Below are positions 1 to 8,685 of a stretch of 64,000 bases of DNA, piece by piece. This DNA is from Minisyncoccota bacterium (GTDB lineage Bacteria; Patescibacteriota; Minisyncoccia; Phycocordibacterales; SBAW01). The notes under the pieces are model-generated. The model saw only the letters and a program-made list of their open reading frames with translations, was not told the origin of the DNA and ran no database searches. Position 1 is the first letter of the stretch. The number at the start of each line of letters is the position of its first letter. Where the stretch lies: the NCBI GenBank assembly GCA_035510635.1, contig DATKGU010000003.1, positions 662-64,661 of the forward strand, given 5' to 3'. Made by a program: the position numbers and the translations under genes.

Positions 1-3
1 AAA

Positions 4-38
4 CCTGCAACCTTTTCCCGTAGGGGTTGCAGGTCAAA
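4..38 (-). terminator. Intrinsic terminator hairpin. On the minus strand: CCTGCAACC-loop-GGTTGCAGG followed by TTT at the window edge.
   Basis: 9-bp perfect stem at 6-38; minus-strand reading is followed by a T-run; lies downstream of minus-strand genes ending at 183. Confidence 0.35.
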
Positions 39-182
39 TTATGTCTCCGATCTGGATTTTCCTTACAAGTGGAGCAAAATCATATAAAACCCTTATATTG
101 CAACGTAAAACAGTTAAAAACCCATCGATTACCACCGTAAGCAACTTGTATTTACGCGCGCGTAGGGAGCGTGACGGCATGG

Positions 183-374
183 TCAGTCAAACAGACTAGG
201 CTGCTTTGTTGCACGACGCGGCCTGCGCTGCCGCTCTGCTCCCCAGATCAACTGGGCGAGCCGTAGGAGATAGTGCAGGGCGTCGCAACCCTCGCGGAAC
301 GAAAGGTCTCGGCCGGTCGTTTCTTTGATGATGCGCCGCAGCTCCGTGACGTCTTGCCTTGAGAAAATAGACAT
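183..374 (-). CDS. Hypothetical small protein (63 aa), basic C-terminus.
   Basis: ORF downstream of the HEPN-like gene on the same strand; no recognisable motif. Confidence 0.25.
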   Translation of the reverse strand: MSIFSRQDVTELRRIIKETTGRDLSFREGCDALHYLLRLAQLIWGAERQRRPRRATKQPSLFD

Positions 375-449
375 TCGTCCATTCCAACTCTGGCGACCGT
401 AAATGCAAGTCGCATTAGACGCGCGAGGTGCCCATGTAATTCTATTTCG

Positions 450-1394
450 TTAAAACCCTTCTGGCGGTTTAGTGTGTATAAAGCTATTCACACTAATTAC
501 CTTACCTTGCTCTTTTTCTAGAAAATACGTGAGCACTTCTTTGAGATCAGGCATCTTAGAGTGATCGATGGTTTTGATGAAGTTGGTAAACCCCGCTTTG
601 TTTTCGAAGAAGTTTCTCTGCGGTTGTACTACGTCATGGTCGATGAGTTCGCTCTTCAGAATTTCGTTATTAAAATATGAGACGACCGCCTTGTGTATTT
701 CACTCACGAAATCCCTCTCGTTTCTGGGTGCAGAATAATACTCGCCATGGGATAACTGATTACGAAGCCCTGCCGTGTTCTCAAAAATGTCACTAGCCAA
801 TTTGTCGCCGAGAATACTTTTATACAAATCTATAGCGTCGGGAAATGCCGTTTTATTCCTTTTGCGCCCAAGCGCTTCGATGGCTGCAAACATAAGGAGT
901 AATTTTGACGAATACCCAGTTGTGTTGGTAGCGTCGTTCCAGTAGAGATAAAAATCATTCGGTATCGTCGCCTCTGCATACAGCGTCCCAATGGCCTGCC
1001 CGTGCCTCTGAAGTAAAAGCAAACCCTGAGCATCTCGATCTCTGGTAAAGCGGAACAGTCCAGTGCTAGGGAATGAATCGGATCTAGTGATTAAAAAAGG
1101 CTCAAGGACGAATCGAACATAGCCTTGGCTCACCAGAGAAATTCTGGAAGTTATCTTCTCCAGTTTGTCGATGAAATGTGCGTAGGCCTTCTCCCAGTCC
1201 GCTGCGTTGATCTTCGCGCTTGCGAACCAAAAATCTCCGGTCGGGCCGGTCTGGATAGTGAAGTGCTCCTGTCGAAAAATAATTCCGTCCACGACAAAGC
1301 TCGGATCAGTTCCGTCTCCCATCGCGAGATGACTGATTGATCGGATTCGATGCTCGATGAAGTATTCGTTCATGATCCTAATACTCTGTTGCAC
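450..1394 (-). CDS. HEPN-domain (Rx4H) Abi-like protein, possibly Apea/Abi family. Likely true start MNEYF at 1373.
   Basis: C-terminal motif TAGLRNQLSHGEYY (R-x4-H followed by G) typical of HEPN RNase-like abortive-infection proteins. Paralogous motif context to ORF 4687-5799. Confidence 0.5.
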   Translation of the reverse strand: MQQSIRIMNEYFIEHRIRSISHLAMGDGTDPSFVVDGIIFRQEHFTIQTGPTGDFWFASAKINAADWEKAYAHFIDKLEKITSRISLVSQGYVRFVLEPFLITRSDSFPSTGLFRFTRDRDAQGLLLLQRHGQAIGTLYAEATIPNDFYLYWNDATNTTGYSSKLLLMFAAIEALGRKRNKTAFPDAIDLYKSILGDKLASDIFENTAGLRNQLSHGEYYSAPRNERDFVSEIHKAVVSYFNNEILKSELIDHDVVQPQRNFFENKAGFTNFIKTIDHSKMPDLKEVLTYFLEKEQGKVISVNSFIHTKPPEGF

Positions 1395-2193
1395 TACGCT
1401 GTTCTGCGTCCTTGAGAGCTTTCTCCACTTCTGAGTCGATTATCTTTTCGATTCGCTCAAAGGAATCGAGAGTTCGTAACTTAGCTCGTTCAGCCTTCGG
1501 CATAAAGAACTTAAAGCTCGGGCTCTCCATCTTCCACCACATGTAATAGCCTCGCCAATGTCGCTTTCGCAGACGATCGTTATAAATTTTTATTCGCGTG
1601 AGTGCCTTGATCGGCTCACTCATTTTCTTGTTGGCGTAGGCTTCAATTCCATCGGCGAAGGCTTCGAGATTTTGAGCGTAGGCGAGTCGTTGTGTCGGCG
1701 GGTCTGGGTTCGGGCCACTTTGCATCAAGGCGACAAGGGTTTCGTTCCCCCTGAGCATATCCTCAAAGTCTGGCTTTAGTTGCGAGAGAATACGATTCAT
1801 CTCTTTGATTCGGCTGTCAGAAAAGAGAGATTGATTGTGCAGGTAATAACTCCTAATTTTCAGGGTATGAATGTCGGGATCTCGATACACATCCAAAAAT
1901 GCGGGACAGTTGATACGGTCGAGCGCGAATGCGTTTGGACGCGTCTCCGCCCGTGTTTCTGCTGATAAGGCTCTGATTTTCTTCGCAAAATCTCTCAACT
2001 GAGCTCTGGTGAAATAAATGTCATTGAGTGCTGCGGTCGACCCGACTTCAATGCGTCGCATGGTTTCCCTTATCTCGGCGTTTTTCTCGAGCTTCGATTT
2101 TATGCTAAATCCAATGGCTGAGAGGATGACAGCCAAAAAAGGGCCGAGTCCAGCGCCTATGAGGGTCTGCCATTTGTTTAAAAAATCACCCAT
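1378..2193 (-). CDS. Membrane-anchored hypothetical protein (N-terminal TM helix, helical cytoplasmic domain). Overlaps the start of the HEPN gene by 17 nt, so probably an operon partner.
   Basis: Hydrophobic stretch LIGAGLGPFLAVILSAIGFSI at residues 10-30; 17-nt overlap with the downstream ORF. Confidence 0.5.
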   Translation of the reverse strand: MGDFLNKWQTLIGAGLGPFLAVILSAIGFSIKSKLEKNAEIRETMRRIEVGSTAALNDIYFTRAQLRDFAKKIRALSAETRAETRPNAFALDRINCPAFLDVYRDPDIHTLKIRSYYLHNQSLFSDSRIKEMNRILSQLKPDFEDMLRGNETLVALMQSGPNPDPPTQRLAYAQNLEAFADGIEAYANKKMSEPIKALTRIKIYNDRLRKRHWRGYYMWWKMESPSFKFFMPKAERAKLRTLDSFERIEKIIDSEVEKALKDAEQRSATEY

Positions 2194-2216
2194 GGGCTTA
2201 ATGGTAATATAGATGC

Positions 2217-3917
2217 ATGAGAGTTGACAGTAAAAAAGTACAACTCGCCCAGCCGTTTATCCCGGGTCTTTCTCCGATCCAATCAGCTGTAGATGAACTA
2301 GCTGCGGCGAACATCGATGACCGCGGCGCAATTTTCACCCGTCGGGAAGTGGTCGACTTTATACTCGATCTCGTCGGCTACACACCTGATAAATCGTTGC
2401 AGGACTTTCGACTGCTAGAGCCGTCATTCGGTCATGGCGATTTTCTTATTCCTGCGATTGAGAGGCTGATGATGTCGATCAAGCGGCAGAAATTACTGCC
2501 AACTGCGGATCTTTTGAAGGAGAGTATTCGTGGGGTGGAACTGCATGTAGCTTCATTCGGAAAAACTGTAAGCGAAGTTAGAGAGATTCTCATTAAAAAC
2601 GAACTTCGGGAGCGTGACGCGGACGAGGTACTAGACGCGTGGTTTGTCCGCGGGGACTTTCTCCTCTCGTTCTTCGGTCAGTCTTTTACTCATGTCGTTG
2701 GTAATCCACCGTATATACGACAGGAAATGGTACCGAACGCACTGATGGCCGAATATCGTCGTCGCTTTGATACCATCTACGATCGTGCTGACATTTACGT
2801 GCCGTTCATCGAGTATTCTCTCAGGCTCCTCGACGAAGGCGGTGTTCTCGGATTTATTTGTGCCGATCGTTGGATGAAAAATCGTTATGGCGGTCCGCTT
2901 CGCGACCTTGTGGCGGCAGAATTTCATCTTCGTGCATATGTCGACATGATCAACACGCACGCCTTTCATTCCGAAGTGATCGCGTATCCGGCAATAACTG
3001 TGATTGCGCGCGAGCCTTCCGGCCCGACACGTATCGCCAAACAACCGGAAATAGAAGCAGGGGCGCTTGAACAACTCTCGAAAGCCCTCAGACAAGATGC
3101 GCCGCATAGCAAAATCCTTCAGACGACCGTGCGGGAGGGCGGGCCATGGACGCTCGACGAATCTGATGCTCTCACGTTCATGCGTCGCCTTGAAGTTGAA
3201 TTCCCGACACTTGAGGAAGCTGGTTGCAAGGTAGGCATTGGTGTCGCAACTGGAGCCGATAGTGTCTTCATTGCTCCTTTCGCGGAGCTCGACGTAGAAG
3301 TTGATCGCAAATTGCCGCTCGCAATGACCAAGGACATACAGAGCGGGAAGGTCGAATGGCGCGGGTTTGGCGTGATAAATCCTTTTGGCGAAGACGGTAA
3401 GCTAGTCTCGCTTTCCGAGTATCCGAAACTGCGTGATTATCTGGAACAGCACAGCGAGACGATCAAGAGCCGTCACGTCTCCAAGAAAAACCCGAATGGC
3501 TGGTACCGGACAATCGATCGCATTTATCCTGAATTGGTGGCGAAACCGAAGCTCCTAATCCCTGACATTAAAGGTGACGCGCATATTGTGTACGAAGAGG
3601 GTAAATTCTATCCGCATCACAACCTCTACTACATAACTTCGGACAGCTGGGATCTGCAGGCACTCAGGTCCGTACTATCTTCCGGCATCGCACGTCTTTT
3701 CATCGAGGCATATTCAACGCGGATGCATGGGAACTGCCTTCGTTTCCAAGCTCAGTACTTGCGGCGCATACGCCTTCCGCAATGGTCTGATGTACCGAAA
3801 GACCTCCGTCGTCAGCTGCGTATTGCCGCTGAAAAGGACGATGTTGCTGCACGCGAAGATGCCGTCTCTCGTCTCTACTCCCTATCACCGTCTGAACGTG
3901 CTACGATTTATAGGTAA
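2217..3917 (+). CDS. Type II N6-adenine DNA methyltransferase (gamma-class, Eco57I/PaeR7I-like).
   Basis: Motif [11 protein letters not shown] (xPxxGxGxFL) and motif [10 protein letters not shown] (NPPY); 566 aa; stop TAA overlaps the ATG of the downstream ORF (TAATG). Confidence 0.85.
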   Translation: MRVDSKKVQLAQPFIPGLSPIQSAVDELAAANIDDRGAIFTRREVVDFILDLVGYTPDKSLQDFRLLEPSFGHGDFLIPAIERLMMSIKRQKLLPTADLLKESIRGVELHVASFGKTVSEVREILIKNELRERDADEVLDAWFVRGDFLLSFFGQSFTHVVGNPPYIRQEMVPNALMAEYRRRFDTIYDRADIYVPFIEYSLRLLDEGGVLGFICADRWMKNRYGGPLRDLVAAEFHLRAYVDMINTHAFHSEVIAYPAITVIAREPSGPTRIAKQPEIEAGALEQLSKALRQDAPHSKILQTTVREGGPWTLDESDALTFMRRLEVEFPTLEEAGCKVGIGVATGADSVFIAPFAELDVEVDRKLPLAMTKDIQSGKVEWRGFGVINPFGEDGKLVSLSEYPKLRDYLEQHSETIKSRHVSKKNPNGWYRTIDRIYPELVAKPKLLIPDIKGDAHIVYEEGKFYPHHNLYYITSDSWDLQALRSVLSSGIARLFIEAYSTRMHGNCLRFQAQYLRRIRLPQWSDVPKDLRRQLRIAAEKDDVAAREDAVSRLYSLSPSERATIYR

Positions 3918-4651
3918 TGACTGTAAATCTCGCGCAGTATGAAGATGGCGCTAAGCGCGCCGTAAAGCTCTTCTGGGGCAACCGAGCTACTGCTACTCAG
4001 CAGCAACTTGCTTCCGGAGCCGTCGATCATGGCACGCGCGGAGCGGTCACCGCCGGAAAGAACATGGATGGATTTGCTTCGCTCATGGCGGAGCTTGTTA
4101 AGGCTAATGGCCTCACAAATGCAACTGTTATCCACGGCGGCCGTCTCGTCACGCTCCCGGGCTTCTTCCGTCCAACCAAGCAATGGGATTTGCTCGTTCT
4201 CAATAGTGGGCATCTCGTCGCTGCGCTTGAATTCAAGTCACAAGTCGGATCATTCGGTAATAACTTCAACAACCGCACTGAGGAAGCGATCGGAACGGCG
4301 CATGATCTATGGATCGCATACCGTGAGGGGGCATTCGGCGAACAGCCAAAACCTTTCGTTGGATGGTTGATGCTCCTCGAAGATGCGCCGGGCTCTCGCT
4401 CGCCGGTGAATGACAAATCACCCCATTTTCCACTATTTTCTGACTTTAAGAACGCGTCCTATGCAGACCGCTACAACATCCTTTGTAAAAAGCTCGTGCA
4501 AGAAGGTCTCTATACAGCCGCCTCTGTTTTAATCTCGCCGCAAACCGCAAAAGACACCGGCGAATACGCAGACATGAGCGATCTCAGCAGTCTGCAAACC
4601 TTCGTGGCTACCTTTGCTGGGCACATTGCCGCTGAAGCAGCACGAAAGTAG
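3917..4651 (+). CDS. Putative Type II restriction endonuclease, cognate to the upstream methyltransferase. Size and gene order resemble XhoI/PaeR7I-family (CTCGAG) enzymes (hypothesis).
   Basis: 244-aa ORF translationally coupled (TAATG) to the methyltransferase. M-then-R order and sizes match the PaeR7I system (N6A methyltransferase ~530 aa, endonuclease ~246 aa). No direct catalytic motif could be verified by eye. Confidence 0.55.
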   Translation: MTVNLAQYEDGAKRAVKLFWGNRATATQQQLASGAVDHGTRGAVTAGKNMDGFASLMAELVKANGLTNATVIHGGRLVTLPGFFRPTKQWDLLVLNSGHLVAALEFKSQVGSFGNNFNNRTEEAIGTAHDLWIAYREGAFGEQPKPFVGWLMLLEDAPGSRSPVNDKSPHFPLFSDFKNASYADRYNILCKKLVQEGLYTAASVLISPQTAKDTGEYADMSDLSSLQTFVATFAGHIAAEAARK

Positions 4652-4686
4652 CCTCCATTTGAATAGGGAGGTATTGTAGTTCTGCC

Positions 4687-5799
4687 ATGGGTGGACATCT
4701 TTCAGTTACATATTTTCCGTTCCTCAACATGGACGGCGCGAAGGAGATCGACTTCGGGTTTCTCAAAATCTGGAACTTCTCAGCGATGAAGGATACCTAC
4801 GTCCCCGACCAAGCCACGCGCGAACACCTCGAAAAGATCTTCGCCATGCACCAGTCGTACGGGAAGCCGATTGAAGGCATCGGGGTCGTCTCGATCGGGG
4901 CGACAGACTTCAGGGCTTTTACGGAGGACGAGTATCGAAAAATCCGCGCCGCGCGGCTGATCCTTTTTCTCTCTTTTATCGACAGAAACAATACGGGGCA
5001 CGACCCAAACGCCGGCCACTCGATGGTAACGTCCGATACCTTCGATCTCTACACGCAGGGCTTCATCGTCGGCGACGATCACCTCTCAGACCGAGCGGGT
5101 GAGATTATTTCTTTCTTGAGAGGCGGCTTCGAGCTCGGCCGCACCGTGTTTGAAAGACCGGGCTTCGTGCCAGCGCATTTTATGTTCGCGCTCAGCAGCG
5201 ACCTGTTCAGTAGCCTGCGGGACATGCAAGCAAAAAGGCCTCGCGTGTTCGAAAAAGTCATTACCGCGACCGAGCTTTTTTTCGAGAGCTACTACAACGG
5301 TCCGCAGCTCAGCAAGAACGCTCGCGTGCTGTTGCAAGCGAGTGCATTCGAGGTATTGCTGGACCTGCCGGAAAGGGATCAACGCAAGCACTTCAAAGAA
5401 GCAATCGGCACGCTAACGAACCTACCGGGCGAGAAGACCTATACGCACTTTTCCGAGAGAACTGGGAGACTCAAAGTCAGGGAGAAAATTACGATCAAGC
5501 AGATCTGGGCGGACTTGTTTTACACTCTCCGGAACCACATCATCCACGGCAATACTCCAAAGAGCAGCGACTTTGTATTCAAGGGTGCACGGCACACGGA
5601 CATCACCGTCCAGTTTTTCGTTCTCTGTGTCCGGAAGCTGATCGAAAAAAAACTCCCGGGGCACCCGTGCGATCACCTCATCGAGTGGGGTTCGTGGGAG
5701 GACGCCTCACAAACACCGCCGACGCGTGTGAACGGATTTGTATATCGCGTTGAAATAATGAAAAAAATTGCGCGCGCCCTAAAAAAGAAGAGCCCTTAA
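4687..5799 (+). CDS. Second HEPN-like (Rx4H) protein, divergent paralog of ORF 450-1394.
   Basis: Motif FYTLRNHIIHGNT (R-x4-H-G) about 60 aa from the C-terminus; upstream helix SAFEVLLDL parallels AAIEALG in the other protein; SD GGGAGG upstream. Confidence 0.5.
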   Translation: MGGHLSVTYFPFLNMDGAKEIDFGFLKIWNFSAMKDTYVPDQATREHLEKIFAMHQSYGKPIEGIGVVSIGATDFRAFTEDEYRKIRAARLILFLSFIDRNNTGHDPNAGHSMVTSDTFDLYTQGFIVGDDHLSDRAGEIISFLRGGFELGRTVFERPGFVPAHFMFALSSDLFSSLRDMQAKRPRVFEKVITATELFFESYYNGPQLSKNARVLLQASAFEVLLDLPERDQRKHFKEAIGTLTNLPGEKTYTHFSERTGRLKVREKITIKQIWADLFYTLRNHIIHGNTPKSSDFVFKGARHTDITVQFFVLCVRKLIEKKLPGHPCDHLIEWGSWEDASQTPPTRVNGFVYRVEIMKKIARALKKKSP

Positions 5800-5803
5800 C
5801 GGC

Positions 5804-7009
5804 TTATTGCGATCCGTATTGCGGAATATCGCCGTACTGCGGGTTGCCCGTCTCTATCGCATCCTCGGCGGTGCGTAAGTCGGAAGGAAGGACGACGCAG
5901 CCTATGTATTCCTTGTTCGGATTGCTCTCCGCCATCGTGCTATCCACTTCGCGCAGGAACGCGCACATGTGTACGTCGTTGCCGATGGCGGAGAGGCCGG
6001 ACCAGTTGATCTGACTGAAGGTGCCGAGATCCATGTCGTACGACATGATCATGCTGGTTTTTGAGTTGCCGTACTGATCGGTCGTCTGCCCGTAGTAGCG
6101 GATGAGCACGTCGGTGAAGTCCGAGTCGACGGGAAACACATGCTGGAAGATAGCCGTGCTCAAGAGGCCGGTGTCGGTGATGATCGAATTATCATCAAGC
6201 TCTTCGCTGAGGTTCAGATCGACGGTCACGTTATCCGTGCCGGGCGGCACGGCTTGGTCGCTGTCGATCTCCACGTCCCCGAGAGTAGCCTGCGAATTGA
6301 GCTGTGCTTGTACTGCCGCTTCCGCTTTCTGCTGCGGAGATAGCGGCGCGGATGACGAAGGGGTCTCCGTGCACTGCGCGTTCGTGTCGGCACCGGTGCC
6401 GTGCGCTGTCTGCAGCGTCTCGCAGAGACTCAGAGGATCGGCTTGAGCGGGATCAGTCCAGTCCGTGCCGGCGTATGTTTTCTGATCTATCGTGTATGCG
6501 ATGAGCGGAGCGTTCTGCGAGGCGGTGGTCGTCGCAAAGTAGGTCACGGTCAACGATGACACGGGATACCCCTGTCCGAAGACGCTAGAAAACAAAGGAA
6601 CGGTATACGGGCCGGTGAGTCCCGCAACGACCGACTCGTCGACGCCGAGAAAGTTCGCCGGCACACCGAGGTTCACGCTGACCGCGCCTGCGTTATTGAT
6701 CGTCGTGCCCTCATACGTGGCAGCGCCTTTGAGCTTGCTTGCGACGACAGATTGCACGGCGCTCTCGATGGCCGATGTCTGCGCCGATGAGAGAACAGGA
6801 GTTGCGGGAACGATTGCTGCGGCTTGAGTTACTGTCGAAGGTGACGAAAGAGATGTGAGACCAAGTATGACAAAAGACGCGCCGGCGATACCACCGAAAA
6901 CATACCTCACGTGCTTACTCGACGACATTCGCACGAAGCGGGGCTTGATACTGCCGACGACGAGGGCGACAAGCGACGCAAGAAATATAACAACGAGGAG
7001 AGTATCCAT
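5804..7009 (-). CDS. Secreted or membrane-anchored Ser/Thr/Ala-rich low-complexity protein (putative surface protein).
   Basis: N-terminal hydrophobic helices (LLVVIFLASLVALVVG; GGIAGASFVILGLTSL); long S/T/A-rich region; Cys-containing C-terminal domain. Confidence 0.55.
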   Translation of the reverse strand: MDTLLVVIFLASLVALVVGSIKPRFVRMSSSKHVRYVFGGIAGASFVILGLTSLSSPSTVTQAAAIVPATPVLSSAQTSAIESAVQSVVASKLKGAATYEGTTINNAGAVSVNLGVPANFLGVDESVVAGLTGPYTVPLFSSVFGQGYPVSSLTVTYFATTTASQNAPLIAYTIDQKTYAGTDWTDPAQADPLSLCETLQTAHGTGADTNAQCTETPSSSAPLSPQQKAEAAVQAQLNSQATLGDVEIDSDQAVPPGTDNVTVDLNLSEELDDNSIITDTGLLSTAIFQHVFPVDSDFTDVLIRYYGQTTDQYGNSKTSMIMSYDMDLGTFSQINWSGLSAIGNDVHMCAFLREVDSTMAESNPNKEYIGCVVLPSDLRTAEDAIETGNPQYGDIPQYGSQ

Positions 7010-7296
7010 GATTTTCCGCGCTTAGTTGATAAGCAACTGGCAGCGGCGATTTTCTAGACACAGAAAACCCGCCACGGGTTCCGGCTTGCGCCGGACGTAC
7101 AGGTTTCCCCATACGGCGGATCACGCAACCCCATGACGGGTTTTCTATGCGTGATCCGACCAGAGGCCATGCCACCGTTGCCGATGGTTTAGGCCCTGCC
7201 CTCTCGGGCTATTCAGTTGTAAGCAAATGTTAGCATCGGCGGCGGCTCCTGACCACCCGCTTTGCTAGCGGCGGCGGTAGAGCCTAGAATGAAGGA

Positions 7297-8019
7297 ATGA
7301 CGGCGGGAGATGAGACGGAAATACAGAGAACCAGATTGATACTGGGTCTATTGAAGCAGCATCTCAATGAAGAAAGTCGTGTCGCATTTTTGTCACTCGA
7401 TACTTTGCGGAAAGTCAAAGACGCGCCCCTCGGTAGTACGACTGCCATAGAGAAAACGCTCGAATGGATTGTCGATGCGTCGAACGGAGAAATAACTTTC
7501 GACGTCGTAGAAACACCGACAATGTGGCAGCGAGAAGTTGATACTGCGCATCCTGATCCTGAGCCGCCTGTTTTCGGACCACTCGTTAAATCCGGCTTCA
7601 GGGTATGGGTATCGAATCCCAAGAAAATAGACGAATACTTCAATGCGATCCTCAAAGAGAAAAATCTATCGGTCAAAAAACCGCGCTCAAAGAAAAAGCC
7701 GTTTTTCAGCGAGATCGTGATCGGCAAGTTACATGCATGCGCTGACGGTCTAATCAGGTTTGGGGGAAATGTCGTCGACATGCGACCTCAGCTCGCGACG
7801 CTCTGTTGGCTTTTTATGGAGCATGAGGGAGCCCTCGTCACGATTGATGATATTAAAGAGCGCATTATCGAGGCGAGCAAACGAGCCGGCACCTCAAATA
7901 CGACGATAGCAAAGTATGTCAGCGAACTTCACCGACCCCTCCAAGATGTGTATGGGGGTGAGGTAATTTTCAACGAGAAGGATATTGGCTGGCGTTTTGA
8001 GCCAGAACGAACAGCCTAA
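7297..8019 (+). CDS. Transcriptional regulator with C-terminal OmpR/PhoB-type winged-helix DNA-binding domain (no receiver domain).
   Basis: C-terminus ...LATLCWLFMEHEGALVTIDDIKERI...YVSELHRPLQDVYGGEVIFNEKDIGWRFE matches the trans_reg_C pattern (L..ELL..L..N.G.VVSR..L...VWG...YV..LR.KL.....I.TVRG.GYRF). Confidence 0.5.
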   Translation: MTAGDETEIQRTRLILGLLKQHLNEESRVAFLSLDTLRKVKDAPLGSTTAIEKTLEWIVDASNGEITFDVVETPTMWQREVDTAHPDPEPPVFGPLVKSGFRVWVSNPKKIDEYFNAILKEKNLSVKKPRSKKKPFFSEIVIGKLHACADGLIRFGGNVVDMRPQLATLCWLFMEHEGALVTIDDIKERIIEASKRAGTSNTTIAKYVSELHRPLQDVYGGEVIFNEKDIGWRFEPERTA

Positions 8020-8045
8020 TTCAATATTGAATAACGAATGAATAA

Positions 8046-8070
8046 GCCCCCGTAGGATGCGGGGGCTTTT
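8046..8070 (+). terminator. Rho-independent terminator (GCCCCCG-TAGGATG-CGGGGGC-TTTT).
   Basis: 7-bp GC stem plus T-run immediately after the stop of ORF 7297-8019. Confidence 0.6.
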
Positions 8071-8280
8071 ATGTTGCACAAGAAAGCCCTGCATGAACTA
8101 AAAGAAATCATGGCACGCGACTACGGCGTGCGGATTTCCGATGACCAAGCCGAGGAGCTCGGTGTCTCTCTGCTACGCCTTACGCGCATAGGACTTGCTG
8201 CTCTCGCCCGAGCGAGCGAACAAAAAACGTTCGTTCAGGCGAGGGATGGAAATTCCCTCGGAGCAAAGACCAGCACGTAA
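8071..8280 (+). CDS. Hypothetical small helical protein (69 aa).
   Basis: ORF starting in the terminator T-tract; no motif; low support. Confidence 0.25.
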   Translation: MLHKKALHELKEIMARDYGVRISDDQAEELGVSLLRLTRIGLAALARASEQKTFVQARDGNSLGAKTST

Positions 8281-8685
8281 GTCGCGTGCCTCTTCAAGCC
8301 CCGGGCGCACCCGTGTGGGGCTTGTAAAAATAAAACAGACACGGGCTGGCTTCGTGATCCCGCGATAAAGGGATGGCCGAGTATCGGCACACGAGCCACC
8401 ACTGGTTGCGGTGTAGCTAACCGTTCCTAACGCAACTACGTACGCCGCCGAATGCGCTTGCGCTACTCGGCCGGACAATTGGAACCAAGTCGCTCTCCGA
8501 GAGAAAACGGATCAAGAGCACGGCGAACCCCCTAAGGCAAATGCCGTGGGGGTAAGGGGGCTCTGGCAACCGGGCCAAGTATCAGCATTTATAAGGCTTT
8601 TCACTTCATCACAAATTATGGACTGGATATAAATCGTGTTCTCGGTAGTGTCTGTATAGCAACATTAGTTACTTAAAAAACAACC

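Noticed and set aside
196-408. 70-aa minus-strand ORF overlapping ORF 183-374 in another frame
   Set aside because: Ala/Arg-rich alternative frame typical of GC-rich shadow ORFs.
7020-7290. Possible tmRNA, RNase P RNA or SRP RNA
   Set aside because: No tag-peptide reading frame ending in AA-stop. No GGAAAGUCCGG / AGGGUGAAA RNase P motifs. No SRP domain IV motif. Kept only as a generic structured region.
8380-8440. tRNA-like fragment GGATGGCCGAGTATCGGC...
   Set aside because: D-arm-like hairpin only; no anticodon or T-arm; does not fold into a cloverleaf.
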